A stretch of DNA of 63,287 bases, counting the filler, from Octopus bimaculoides (lineage: Eukaryota): assembly GCF_001194135.2 (NCBI RefSeq). It is 5 parts of 4 records of this genome, joined end to end, with 100 filler letters (N's around TTAATTAATTAA, not from the genome) between each part and the next. Parts side by side here need not be neighbours in the genome. Positions count along the whole stretch, not along the records: positions 26,133 to 47,814 come from NC_068994.1; positions 47,915 to 57,833 come from NC_069004.1; 3 more parts are not named here. The stretch is one strand, 5' to 3'. Shown one piece after another: positions 37,688-49,824 of the stretch. Below the pieces are notes generated by a model. The model made no database searches. It was not told the origin of the DNA and was given only the letters and a program-made list of their open reading frames with translations. Position 1 is the first letter of the stretch. The number at the start of each line of letters is the position of its first letter. The position numbers and the translations under genes were made by a program.

Positions 37688-38656
37688 ATGGAAGTATCCA
37701 AAGAGTATTTGAGGCACATAATATTTTATGAGTACAAAAAAAGGAAACTCTGCAGCCGAAGCGACTCGAAACATGCACTCAGTTTATGAGAAAGAATGCT
37801 TGAATGAAAGAACTTGCAAAAGATGGTTTGCAAAATTCAGAAGTGGAGATTTTAGCCTTTTAAGATGAAGATCGAACAGGACGCCCAGTTGAGGTTGATG
37901 ATAAACTTCTTGAGGCATAAATTGAAGAAAATCCTGTATTATCAGTTGAAGAATTAGCAATAAAGCTTAGTTCAAACCGTACAACTGTTCATCATCATCT
38001 TCAACAAAACTTGGAAAGGTTCCTAAACTTGGAAAATGGGTGCCTCATGAATTGTCCGAAAGCAACCGCAAATCCCGAGTTGACATCTGCTCTTCTTCCC
38101 ATTCTCGCGAACTCATTTCACTCTTTTTGGATAGACTTGTGACTGGTGAAGAAAAATGGATCTTCTATCGAAATGTTAAACGTCGTAAACAGTGGCTTGG
38201 TAAAAGAGAGAAAGCTCCACCACAACCGAGAAGGGAACTTCATAGGAAAAAGGTTCTTCTCTGTATCTGGTGAGATTATAAAGGAGTAATTCACTTTGAA
38301 TAGTTACCACCTAATGCAACAATCAATGCTCGAGTCTACTGTCAGCAATTAGAGCGTTTGAACCAAGCTTTGAAGGAAAAAAGACCCGCTTTAGTGAATC
38401 GAAAAGGAGTGATGTTTCATCAGGACAATGTGCGACCCCACACTGCAAAGATCACATCACAGAAGATCGAAGAGCTTGGTTGGGAAAAAATTCCTCATCC
38501 ACCTTATTCTCCCGACCTTGATCCTTCAGACTACCATTTGTTTCGTAGTTTACAGAATCATTTGGGGGATATAACTTTCGCAAGCCAGAAGGAGGTTGAA
38601 ACGGACATTTCAGAGTTCTTCGCTTTGAAACCAAAAGAGTTTTGCATTGAAGGGAT
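37688..38656 (+). pseudogene. Mariner (Tc1/mariner, DD34D) transposase, nearly full length, with stops and frameshifts
   Basis: MEVSKEYLRHIIFYEYK..HTH; WVPHEL; LVTGEEKW (first D changed to E); FHQDNVRPH; HPPYSPDLDPSDYHLF. The 3' end is lost in a gap. Confidence 0.95.
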
Positions 38657-39334
38657 NNNNNNNNNNNNNNNNNNNNNNNNNNNNNNNNNNNNNNNNNNNN
38701 NNNNNNNNNNNNNNNNNNNNNNNNNNNNNNNNNNNNNNNNNNNNNNNNNNNNNNNNNNNNNNNNNNNNNNNNNNNNNNNNNNNNNNNNNNNNNNNNNNNN
38801 NNNNNNNNNNNNNNNNNNNNNNNNNNNNNNNNNNNNNNNNNNNNNNNNNNNNNNTTCCCGTTCATCGGACAGTTTTGTTAAGAATAGGAGAGAAATGATG
38901 ATGCAATCAAAACTAATATAAATTAAAAAACATGGATTTGTTTCATTGGTCGTTTCAAATAACGGTCTTAGGTATGCAATGAACAAAATAAACAAAACAA
39001 ATGAATTCAATATAGATTCATCCTATTTTTAAAAGATCAAAGAAAACATTAAATTGAAACGTGGGTTCAAAATACATATTGTAAATAATAATATTCGAAA
39101 TATCTCTCAATTAACATTAAAATTAAAATAAAATTTGCGCTACATTAAATAAAAAATAGAAATTTTCAGCAGTATATACGCATACTAGACTATCTACAAC
39201 ATACATATATACATCAAAATACACAGATGCATACGTACAGACAATATACGTATATAGGCATATAAATATACATGGACGAATAAACATGTATACAAATACA
39301 TATATGCATAAATGTAAGCTCCTATAAGCGTACT

Positions 39335-40680
39335 GTTGTATGCCCCCATCGGTGCTCCTGAAAGCATTAGAATTCGCCAAACAGTATGTCAACATCGATA
39401 GCTTGGAAATAGATATTATCATATATGCAAGAAAATCACTTCTTTTTTATGAGGAATGTACCTGTATTAAAAAGAATGTAGATTCTCTTTTCGCTGTACC
39501 GATGGGGGCATACGATGGGGCTGAGTTATGTACGCTTATAGGAGCTTACATTTTGCACAATCTGAAGCTAGAATTCCCGTTTATAGACGCAGGATTATAT
39601 TGGGATGACGGTCTTATAGTCTTATAGTCACCCATAATTTAAACGGCCATGAATTAGATAAACTTAGGAAGGATCTAATTGCTTTCTTCCAAAGAATAGG
39701 CTTGCGGATTACAATAGATACTAACCTCAAAAAAGTAGATTTCTTAGATGTAAATTTAGTCTTGAATTCAGATAAATTCAAACCTTACCGTAAGTCTAAT
39801 GATAAACTATCTTATATTAGCAAAGAATCCAACCATCCGCCAGTTATTCTTAGAAACTTAGTTAGTAACTTAGGCAGGCGAATATCCTCAATTTCTTCGG
39901 ATGAGGCAAAATTCCAAAACGCAGCACCTTATTATAATAGTGCATTAAGGAATAGTGGATTCTCTGAGAGGATCCAGTATACTTAATTTAATGCTAACAA
40001 CAACGTAACACGTAGAACTAGGACCAAGAAACTTTTGTGGTTCAACCCAACTTTCAATATGGCCGTAAGAACTAATATAGGTAAGGAAATTTAAAAATTA
40101 GTCTCGAGACACTTTCAACCTCAATATTCAATAGAAGAACGCTTAAGATCAGCTATTCTTGCTGCAAAAACTTCGCCTCTTTGATTAGCCAAAACAACAA
40201 CAAGATAATTGCTAAAAATCATAATGCCGATTCTTTTCCAAAAAGCTGCAATTTCAAAGATGGGACCTGCTGTCCGTTGGAAGGGAGATGTCTCGAAAAA
40301 GGTATCGTGTATAGAGCCAAAGTTCAGATAGAAGGCTCACATGAATATGGAACTTACGCAGGGGCTTCTGAAAATTCATTCAAAACCAGGCTTTATTCGC
40401 ATAAAAATTCATTCAGATACCCCGAAAATAGGACAAAAACCAGCCTGGCAAACTACGTCTGGCAATTAAAAGAAAGCAAAACTTGACCTTTCAACGTGAC
40501 ATGGATGATTTTAGGTATAGCATCGCCTTACAGGCACGGTGCCCACAAAAGTCTAATTAAATGTGATTAGCGTCTATTAGAAACATTTCATATTTTATTT
40601 CAAGCTATAGACCAAAGACGCGAACTTTAAAATTCATGTAGACATGCATCTAAATTTAAAATGTGGGCTAATAATCCCAT
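39335..40680 (+). pseudogene. Penelope-like RT plus GIY-YIG endonuclease, decayed
   Basis: KALEFAKQY..ARKSLLF, VPMGAYDGAELC, GLYWDDGL, VDFLDVNL, SNHPP, LWFNP..RTNIGK, CPLEGRCLEKGIVYRAKV...YAGASENSFKTRLYSHKNSF. Confidence 0.93.
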
Positions 40681-41983
40681 ATGGGTAGTATATTTTTGAT
40701 AATTTTTAGCTCCTTGAAACCAGTTTGCAATGTCATTATTGAATTTGTACCTCGTTATACATGATTTACTTCACATTGCAAGAATATTGTATAGATCCCT
40801 ACATTTTTTAAGAAAGCCTTCGACTGTTATATGCATAGGTTTCTTGTTTTTCTTTTCTTTTATTCTATCTTTATTTATTTTAAAATATTTTCTAAACAAA
40901 TTTAACCGTTTTTATGGATAGTTCGATATATGGGATTATATTATGAATGTATTTTGCCCAATTTTTGCTATTATACACTCAGCAATTTCTTAAAAAGGTT
41001 GTCTGCATATATACGTTAAGACCTAAAAGTTTTTTATGTGGACGTCTGTATTGACAATGCATATGTATTCGTATGTGTGCACATATATACATGGTTTCGT
41101 GTGTGTGCGTCTTCGTATATGCATGGGTAAGAGTGTATGCTTATATTTACACATACATATATTCGTGTGTGTGCGTCTATGTTATGTATGAGAATGTGCG
41201 CTCATGCTTATACGCATACATGCTTGAATGTGTGCGTACGCATGTATACAATTATATTTGTGTGTATTCGCGTATATATATCCCTATATATCTGTATATA
41301 TGATGCTAATATACTTTTTGTATACACATATATACGTAATCCAATTTTGTGTGCGTTTGTTATATACACTCCACTAACTTCTTTCTTTCCTTCTTTCTCT
41401 CTTTCTTTATTTCTTTCTTTCCTTCTTTCTTCCCTTCTTTCTTTCTTTCTTTCTTTCCTCGCGAAAACCATGCTTTCTCCCATTAGTAACGTCTTTATCT
41501 ATACGTTACTCTTCTCCACCCATTACTTCCCCCCTCCATTAGTTTAAGATACACTTGCCTGTTCCAACGCTGAATAATTTTCGTATGCGAGCATGATTGC
41601 GTGCATATATGTATTTGTATACATGTGTTATCGTGCATACGTATATTGTCTGTATGTATGTTGTAGATAGTCTAGTATGCGCATATACTGTTGTAAAATT
41701 TTTATTTTTTATTTAATGCAGCGTAAATTTTATTTTTATTTTAATGTGTTAATTGAGTGATAATTCGAATATTATTATTTACAATATGTATTTTGAACCC
41801 ACGTTTCAATTTAATGTTTTCTTTGATCTTTTAAAAATAGGATGAATCTATATTGAATTCATTTGTTTTGTTTATTTTGTTCATTGCATACCTAAGACGG
41901 TTATTTGAAACGACCAATGAAACAAATCCATGTTTTTTAATTTATATTAGTTTTGATTGCATCATCATTTCTCTCCCATTTTA

Positions 41984-42038
41984 AACAAAACTGTCCGATG
42001 AACGGGAACGTGAAACTCTGAGTAACAGCTTTTGTTAT
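41984..42038 (+). ncRNA. Type I hammerhead ribozyme motif with variant core CCGAUGA
   Basis: AACAAAACTGT-CCGATGA-ACG(GGAA)CGT-GAAA-CTCTGAG-TA-ACAG(C)TTTTGTT. 11-bp stem I with bulged C; predicted cut after A42024 (GUA). Confidence 0.75.
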
Positions 42039-42592
42039 ATTTCTGCTGCTTTTAAATAAAGTGTATATGTACATGTATATATGTATNNNNNNNNNNNNNN
42101 NNNNNNNNNNNNNNNNNNNNNNNNNNNNNNNNNNNNNNNNNNNNNNNNNNNNNNNNNNNNNNNNNNNNNNNNNNNNNNNNNNNNNNNNNNNNNNNNNNNN
42201 NNNNNNNNNNNNNNNNNNNNNNNNNNNNNNNNNNNNNNNNNNNNNNNNNNNNNNNNNNNNNNNNNNNNNNNNNNNNNNNNNNNNNNNNNNNNNNNNNNNN
42301 NNNNNNNNNNNNNNNNNNNNNNNNNNNNNNNNNNNNNNNNNNNNNNNNNNNNNNNNNNNNNNNNNNNNNNNNNNNNNNNNNNNNNNNNNNNNNNNNNNNN
42401 NNNNNNNNNNNNNNNNNNNNNNNNNNNNNNNNNNNNNNNNNNNNNNNNNNNNNNNNNNNNNNNNNNNNNNNNNNNNNNNNNNNNNNNNNNNNNNNNNNNN
42501 NNNNNNNNNNNNNNNNNNNNNNNNNNNNNNNNNNNNNNNNNNNNNNNNNNNNNNNNNNNNNNNNNNNNNNNNNNNNNNNNNNNNNNNNNNNN

Positions 42593-42656
<64 letters not shown>

Positions 42657-42968
42657 CATATATACATACATAAATATGTATATATATATATCCATCTATA
42701 TATATACATATATATACATATATATTCATACATACATATACATTTATATACATATATATATATACATATACATCTATATATATATACATATACATCCCTA
42801 TATATACATCTATGTATATACACATCTATACATATATATCTATACATATACATCCCTATATATACATATATATGCATTTATATATACACATCTATATACA
42901 TTTATATATACACATCTATACATATACATCTATACATAAACATCTATATATATACATATACATATATA
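42593..42968. repeat. (TA)n and degenerate TATACA/TATCTA microsatellite
   Basis: Directly visible. Confidence 0.9.
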
Positions 42969-42969
42969 C

Positions 42970-43409
42970 ATCTGGAAGATCCTCGAAGGAATTGTCCCAA
43001 ACTTTGGCATCGAAAGTTACACAAATAAAAGAACTGGACGCCATTGCATAGTGCCAAGGACTCCAAATTTGCCATCAAGATGTAGGACAAGATACTGCAA
43101 TAGCTTGGGCTTCAGAGGTCCACAGCTCTTCAATATCATCCCGAGGGACTTGAGAGACCTGCATAGGGTGGATGTAGGTGTCTTCAAGATGAGGCTGGAC
43201 CTCTTCCTGTCAGGCGTCCCAGATGAACCAACTTCGCGGCAGGAGGTGCAGATGGGGGAAGCTGCATCAAACTCTCTCATGCACCAAATGTCAAATCCTG
43301 AAGTAAAATTTGTGAAGTAAAATTGTGTAGCAATACCAAATGGCGGTGCTCCCAGCATGGCCACAGCTCATGAGCTGAAACTAGAAGAAATGAAATGAAA
43401 TGAAATGAA
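42970..43409 (+). mobile_element. 3' end of a CR1/L2-type LINE (RT C-terminus, 3' UTR stem-loop, (GAAAT)n tail)
   Basis: WKILEGIVPNFG...RTGRHC..P...RYCNSLGFRGPQLFNIIPRDLRDL...FKMRLDLFLSGVPDEP, stop at 43320, then GGCGGTGCTCCCAGCATGGCCACAGCTCATGAGCTGAAAC and (GAAAT)n. Confidence 0.85.
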
Positions 43410-43444
43410 TATATATACTACATAATTGATGAACATTTTAACTA

Positions 43445-43625
43445 TTTTTTTTTAAATTCCAAGTCCGTAAATGACCGCATGGGCATAAGCCTTACACACG
43501 CGTCAGGTTTCATCATGATCGGTTGGATAGCTTCGGAGGAGATAAAGTAACAAGTTCACAAATTCAAACACACACGCACACACAAAGCCACAAACAGACA
43601 GAAATTGCTATTTATGTATATAGAT
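43445..43625. mobile_element. Helentron/DINE-1-like non-autonomous element end
   Basis: TTTCATCATGATCGGTTGGATAGCTTCGGAGGAGAT...ACAGACAGAAATTGCTATTTATGTATATAGAT resembles termini of this group; recognised by pattern only. Confidence 0.45.
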
Positions 43626-44115
43626 TGAAAAAAATTGGAGTCAACAAGAAGGTGTAAGTTGGACATTTATTTTCAATCACTAAAATTGTTCCTACGGAAA
43701 GTAGTTCCCCAAGCGCGTGTGTGTGTATGTATCCGAACGTTGGTATGTATATGAATATATGTGAACGGCCACGTATGTATGCATATGGGCCGATTCTTAA
43801 AGGTCAGCTAAGGACAATCGCATGTGTAACCAACCATGAAGAACAAATCAACAGTACTTAGAAACCAAATGCCAATCCCTTTAAAACGGCAACCAATTTA
43901 ACAGTAGCAGAATCACTGTCCCACTACATCTACACATTCAGCTAGATATATATACTCGTATGTATCCGTCCAACAATTTCCACTCACAAATTTAAAAGAT
44001 ACTTGATATCGCGCATTTTATGTCATAATAAAAACAATTTCACATTAAGTTGAAAGATTTTTCAATACATTGGGTAGAGTACAAATTTATTAACCTTTAA
44101 CGAGAATAGTATTGG

Positions 44116-44158
44116 CAGTGACTTCGAAGTTTCGGCCAACTAAGCCATCATCGGACTG
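44116..44158 (-). ncRNA. Minimal type I hammerhead motif with variant core CCGAUGA
   Basis: Minus strand: CAGT-CCGATGA-T-GGCT(TAGTT)GGCC-GAAA-CTTCGAAG-TC-ACTG; stem III is the perfect palindrome ACTTCGAAGT; GUC site. Confidence 0.7.
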
Positions 44159-45593
44159 TAATGCATTTGAGCTAATCTTTTTTTTTTTTATACAGCCTCT
44201 GTTCAGTTAAAACTTTTCCAGGCTAAGCTGAATAGTAGGTTATGATGGCAAGGTGTTATGTAGGAGTTTTATTGATTAAATATGGGCACATGTATTTGTT
44301 TAAAATGTATTCATGCATATAGAACTTTGTACTTTCAGCTCATATGGGTTCACAAAAAATATAAGTTGTTGGTCAGCAGATTTGCCGCTCTGTTTAGCTC
44401 TCGTTTGGATATCAATGGGATATTTAATCTTTTGTTTTAAGAATATGAAGGTTAAATTTCGGAGCTCAGGAGTATATTTAAACCTCTGTAACTAGGTGTG
44501 TTCACTAGGTATGTCAGCTTAGGTAAAGAGTCTTTAAAGATTCACTGAAGAATGTAAGACGATGGTAAGTTTTAGTTTTTTGGCAAGCTAGTATTATTTA
44601 AGGTTTTTCGCTTGTTTATATTTGGATGTCATAGTGTTATTAGTATTGAAAATTTGTTAATCTAAAGTTTTAATGTTCACAAGAGGATCTAGGTAGGTGT
44701 AAATGTTGTTGGTCAGCATATTTGTCTCTGGGGAGTCATTGTTAATTATTTTGTTGCTCTTTAGAAATGTTAATCTTTGTACTTGGGTAGGTTAAATTTG
44801 TAGGCTACATTTTATAAATATATGTTTCTATTCGGTCCAAGCGTGCGTGTTTTATAATATATTATTTGGATTTATTGAAATATGCAAGAAGTGGGTATTA
44901 TTTAAAAAATCTAGTTGGCCCCGTGCCATCAAAAATGGCAGCTAATTGTACTATTTTATATATAAATAAGGTGCAAAACCAAGTTTTTAGGTTAATAATT
45001 CTTTTATTTCCAAATTTTTTGTGAAAAATCTGTCCACAATTAACATCCCTTGACTGCTTTTTATATAATAATTTTTAAGTATTCCTTCCTTCTTATACGA
45101 CTTAAGGCTACATAAATAGAGCTGGCAAGTAAATACCAGCTTTTTCGAAGCAACGTTTCCTTTCAATTGCGCTCTCCATTACTGAAACCAACCTAAACTC
45201 ACAAAAGCCTTAAAGCCACAAAAAACAGTCCGTGACTTATAGCTGATGTTGTAAAAACTCCCTATTCAAAATTTATTACATAAATTTCTTAATGTAAATA
45301 AATTAGGCACATGTATGTGTATTTATGATAAACTTTTCAACTGCAGTCGTTTTATATTCTTGATACACTCAGGCAATAATTATTTTCTCTATTGAGTTTG
45401 TATATGTATATGTTTGTGTAGATGTGTGTGATTGTAATAATTATTTGTAACACAACAGATAGAATACGGATGGTAATTCAAATTAATACACTTCTCAATG
45501 TTATCTAGTGGTTGTATTTTGAGATGTGACATCAATCATCGTTAATTACTGAAATAACGCTGGTTTGTTTATGTGTAGTTACTGAAAGAAGGT

Positions 45594-45984
45594 GGAGGCG
45601 CAATAGCCCAGTGGTTAGGGCAGCGGACTCGCGGTCATAGGATCACGGTTTCGATTCCCAGATCGGGCATTGTGAGTGTTTATTGAGCGAAAACACCTAA
45701 AGCTCCACGAGGCTTCGGCAGGGGATGGTGGCGAACCCTGTTGTGATCTTTCACCACAACTTTTTCTCACTCTTACTTCCTGTTTCTGTTGTGCCTGTAA
45801 TTCAAAGGGTCAGCCTTGTCACACTGTGTCACGCTGAATATCCCCGAGAACTACGTTAAGGGTACACGTGTCTGTGGAGTACTCAGCCACTTGCACGTAA
45901 ATTTCACGAGCAGGCTGTTCCGTTGATCGGATCAACTGGAACCCTCGACGTCGTAAGCCAACAACAGCAACAACAACAACAACA
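45594..45984 (+). mobile_element. SINE family C, full length
   Basis: GGAGGCGCAATAGCCCAGTGGTTAGGGC (A-box), GGTTTCGATTCC (B-box), (CAA)n tail; matches 16585-16959. Confidence 0.92.
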
Positions 45985-46861
45985 CTGAAAGAAGACTGGG
46001 TAAAAAAATTTTAATATAAATAAGTTAAGGACATGTATAAACTGTTAAATTAAGATGTGTATTTATAATATACCTTTCAACTGCAGTCCTTTTATATACA
46101 CTCGGGCAATAATTATTTTCTCTTATGAGTTTGTATAGGTGTGTGTGATTGTAATAATTATTTTTACGATAACAGAATATGGATGGTAAATCAAATTAAT
46201 AGACTTGTCAATGTTATCTAATGGTTGTCTTTTGAGATGTTACATCGATCATGGTTTGTTACTGAAAGAACGCTGGTTCACACACACAAACGTTCACACA
46301 CTTCCCTTGTACACGCACACACATATACACATATACTCACACAAAGTTCAAACGCTGTTCGATTTTTCTTTTCAGCGTTGAATGTTCACCATGCCACTTC
46401 CATTGCACACACACACACACACACACACACAAACAAACAAACAAACATTTACATCTCTCCTTTTTACATACACACGCATATACTCACACAGAGTTGAAAC
46501 ATTGTTTGATTTTTTACCCCTTCCTTATTCATCTATTACCCCTTCTTTCACATTCATATGTTGTGACGGAGAAAAACACAAGAGTATCATTATAGTAGAA
46601 GATACACGACGCTCTCTTTGCTACTTCCTCTCTCTCATTGCTATTACTTTCTCTCACTCCCTCTCAGTCATGGTTATTACTCTCGCTACTTCTCCTTCAC
46701 TGAATTACTAGTTTCTCTCCTCTCCCTTCCCTTATACTACTCTTTCTCTTACTCTCTCCTACTGCGTGATTTTGGACAAATATGTATATATACAAATATA
46801 TAACACTACGCTCATTATTATATTAGGAGATATGCAAGAGATTCTAAACTACTTTATTCCT

Positions 46862-47402
46862 CTATACCGCAAATGGAGCTGTAGCAGTATCAGCTTGTAC
46901 AAAATTTCTCAGCGATGCATCTCGTACTTTAATGATATTTTCCGCTAATTTGCCTTCATCGATGACACCTTCTCCTTCGTTTTTAACAACTTCTCTGATA
47001 AGGTCTTCGGCATTATACGGACTAATGATAGAGCATACTATTTTCATTATGGTACTGTTTAGTTTCACTAGTCGCTTTTTAGCTGCTTCGTCAAAGTCTT
47101 CCATTCGGGTACTTTCGCGTTTAGCTTTTCCCGGTAATGATGATACTGATTTCAAACCAAATGCTTCATACAATTCGTTGAAACAATTCGTGATGGATCG
47201 CTAACTTCTGGGGGAGAATCGTCTTGTTTTGTATACACACTACGTTTTCTTGTGTGCCGACACCTCCTATAAGTCGTATTCTCTTTGTGGTACGTGTGTT
47301 TACATTTTCGTTGCATTTATTATCTCCACGACAGGTACATCTGTAACATCCTTGACAACTAATATATCTACCATTTTTCCAAGTACATGATAATTTTGAC
47401 AT
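46862..47402 (-). pseudogene. Unassigned frameshifted ORF (about 180 aa, Cys-rich N-terminus), probably transposon-derived
   Basis: Two minus-strand ORFs overlap by 8 nt (47166-47402 and 46862-47173); natural amino-acid composition; CQGCYRCTCRG..C cluster; family not recognised. Confidence 0.35.
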
Positions 47403-47949
47403 AATTGCCGATTGGGTGATGCAAAATCAAAATCTGGACTACCTGTGTGGTTTTTTTTTTTTTGATATATTAATTTTTACCAATCAAATTACCCTGTTTA
47501 TTATTCAGTTTGCGACAATTCAGTATTTTAAAGTTCTACAATAAGTCAATACTCTGACCCGCGAAGCGACTCTTAGAAATTTCTGTTAGCTTACTTTCCT
47601 CGTTTTCAACACGATATGTATTTATAGTGAAAAATATTGTATGTGATGATTAAAGATATAAAGTCTATTTCTCAACATATTGCCATAGAATTTTTTTTTT
47701 ATTCTGCCCTTATTTATAATTGCTTATAATTTTCACCTTAAAAGGTATTTTAATATGCTGACCACTAATGAAATTTTTTGAAAAAAATTCTACCCTATAT
47801 CAGAAGTGTATATANNNNNNNNNNNNNNNNNNNNNNNNNNNNNNNNNNNNNNNNNNNNTTAATTAATTAANNNNNNNNNNNNNNNNNNNNNNNNNNNNNN
47901 NNNNNNNNNNNNNNGCAAAATAAGGGCTCCAGAAAGGTATTAGAAAAAC

Positions 47950-48085
47950 ACTATCACGTGACCTTATTAGGAGCTGTGATTGGTCAGTTTGCGTTCTGGC
48001 GGGAACGGTACGAAGCAGTTGCCGCTTCAAATAATAATTAGTCATGTGATGACAGGGAAAGATGTTTTCTACTACGCCCGCGCTT
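47950..48085. promoter_or_regulatory. CpG-containing motif cluster: E-box, inverted CCAAT, second E-box-like site
   Basis: ATCACGTGAC 47953-47962, GATTGG 47978-47983, GTCATGTGAT about 48041-48050, GCCCGCGC downstream. Confidence 0.3.
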
Positions 48086-48149
48086 GTTTATATATAATAG
48101 TGAGAAGATGGTTTGTTTTGTATATAATGGCGATAGGTAGTTTCACTAC

Positions 48150-48181
<32 letters not shown>

Positions 48182-48324
48182 ATGTATGTATGCATGTATG
48201 TATAAAAGATAGAGGTAGAAATAGCACAGAAGAAGTCTAAGGTATTTCAATTTAAGAGGGAATTTAATAAAATTTTTATATATAAAAACTTGATTTGTAT
48301 AGATCTCTAATCTTTATTTCAAAC

Positions 48325-48389
<65 letters not shown>

Positions 48390-48614
48390 CATATTGTATC
48401 ATGTATATTGATATAAATTTGAAATGGTTGTAAGCCAATAAAAAAAAAAACCACAAATAAATGTTTTGAACCCATTATTGATGTGTCTCGGGATTAAGCA
48501 ATTCTATCGCTGCTGCTGCTGGATGCTTTTCGTCTGCTACTGATACTTTTGTGTTTTTCTAAGCATTGTACGTCTATGTGAGATGCTTCTTCATATCAGA
48601 AATAACCCTTTCTA

Positions 48615-48738
48615 CTGGCGGCACAAAGCCTCATGTTTGTGGGGAAGGGAGTAGTCGATTACATCGACTCCAGTACTCAACTGGTACTTAATTTATCGAC
48701 TCCGAAAGGATGAAAGGCAAAGTCGACATCGGCAGAAT
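48615..48738 (-). mobile_element. Family A SINE 3' fragment
   Basis: CTGGTACTTAATTTATCGACTCCGAAAGGATGAAAGGCAAAGTCGAC. Confidence 0.8.
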
Positions 48739-49824
48739 CCATACAAGAAATAATGCCACACGTATCTAAACGTCAACACAGAGACACATACATAGACATA
48801 CATACACGCTGTCTTTCTCTTTCTCTCTCTTACACACAAACACACGTGCGGGATCAGATTGCATGAGAGCGCTACTGTTAACATGTAATCAGTACAACCC
48901 GCTGCATATTCGGGTCGGCAGTCACTAAACTGGTAACCCCGTGAAGCATATTTGTGCAAGAGATTTTCAACACCTTGCAAGTACGAGAAACAAGAAACAA
49001 GGGCGGATGAAATCGTGAGTCAATTGCTCATCCAATGATGCATACATATAGTCAAGGCCGGCGCTAGAAAGTGTGGGGCTTAAGAGAATTGTCAGGGTCG
49101 GGGGAGCTCTACTCTATAAAGGCTTAAGATTGATGTTTTATGTTTTGTGTAGTACGCCAGTCCCGGCCGCGAAATTTTTTTCCAACAAGAGTTCCGGACC
49201 CCAATCAGAGTTCACCTTCTTGTCAAGTTAACAAATGTTGGCATTCAAAATGGCCACCTGTTTCTATGCGAATCTTGTATTGTGCTCTCACTCAGATGCC
49301 AGTATCATCGATACTGAACACATACACTTGTTAGCGGTAGGTTTGAATTACTATAGCAATTTTTGTAAACGACCGTGCGGAAGGAGAGGTGACGAGAATG
49401 GCTCCTTTAGTACATCGCACGGTCGATACAAATAAAATATGAAAAAGGGTAAATGAGTATAAGTGCCAGAAGGAAAACTGAGACACAACCGGTAGAAGGT
49501 TTAAGAGAAGATTTTATTGATAGGTTAACATGTGTGTGCGTCATATATATAATAATAGACAGGCCGTCATGTATACAAAGTGTGTGTGTTCAAACATGGA
49601 TATATGCGTGTGCGATAAGTACAGAGCATTGAAAGAGTCTATGATATGACGTTAGAAGAATGTTCAGACACAAGGATGATAAATACCAGTTCGTAGTCAA
49701 TGTACACGATAGTTGAGATGCTGCATCAAGAAGTTGAGGCTGCAATGCAGAGCCGGTGAGTGGCACATGTCGTATAAGAAGTTGTGGCTACGACGCAGAA
49801 CCAGTCTCTTGCTATGTATATATA

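Larger units (their letters stand above)
38855..42038 (+). mobile_element. 5'-truncated Penelope-like element flanked by ~430-bp inverted pseudo-LTRs
   Basis: Segment 38855-39308 is the reverse complement of about 41602-42008 and encloses the RT-EN ORF; a hammerhead sits at the outer end of the right arm. Confidence 0.88.
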
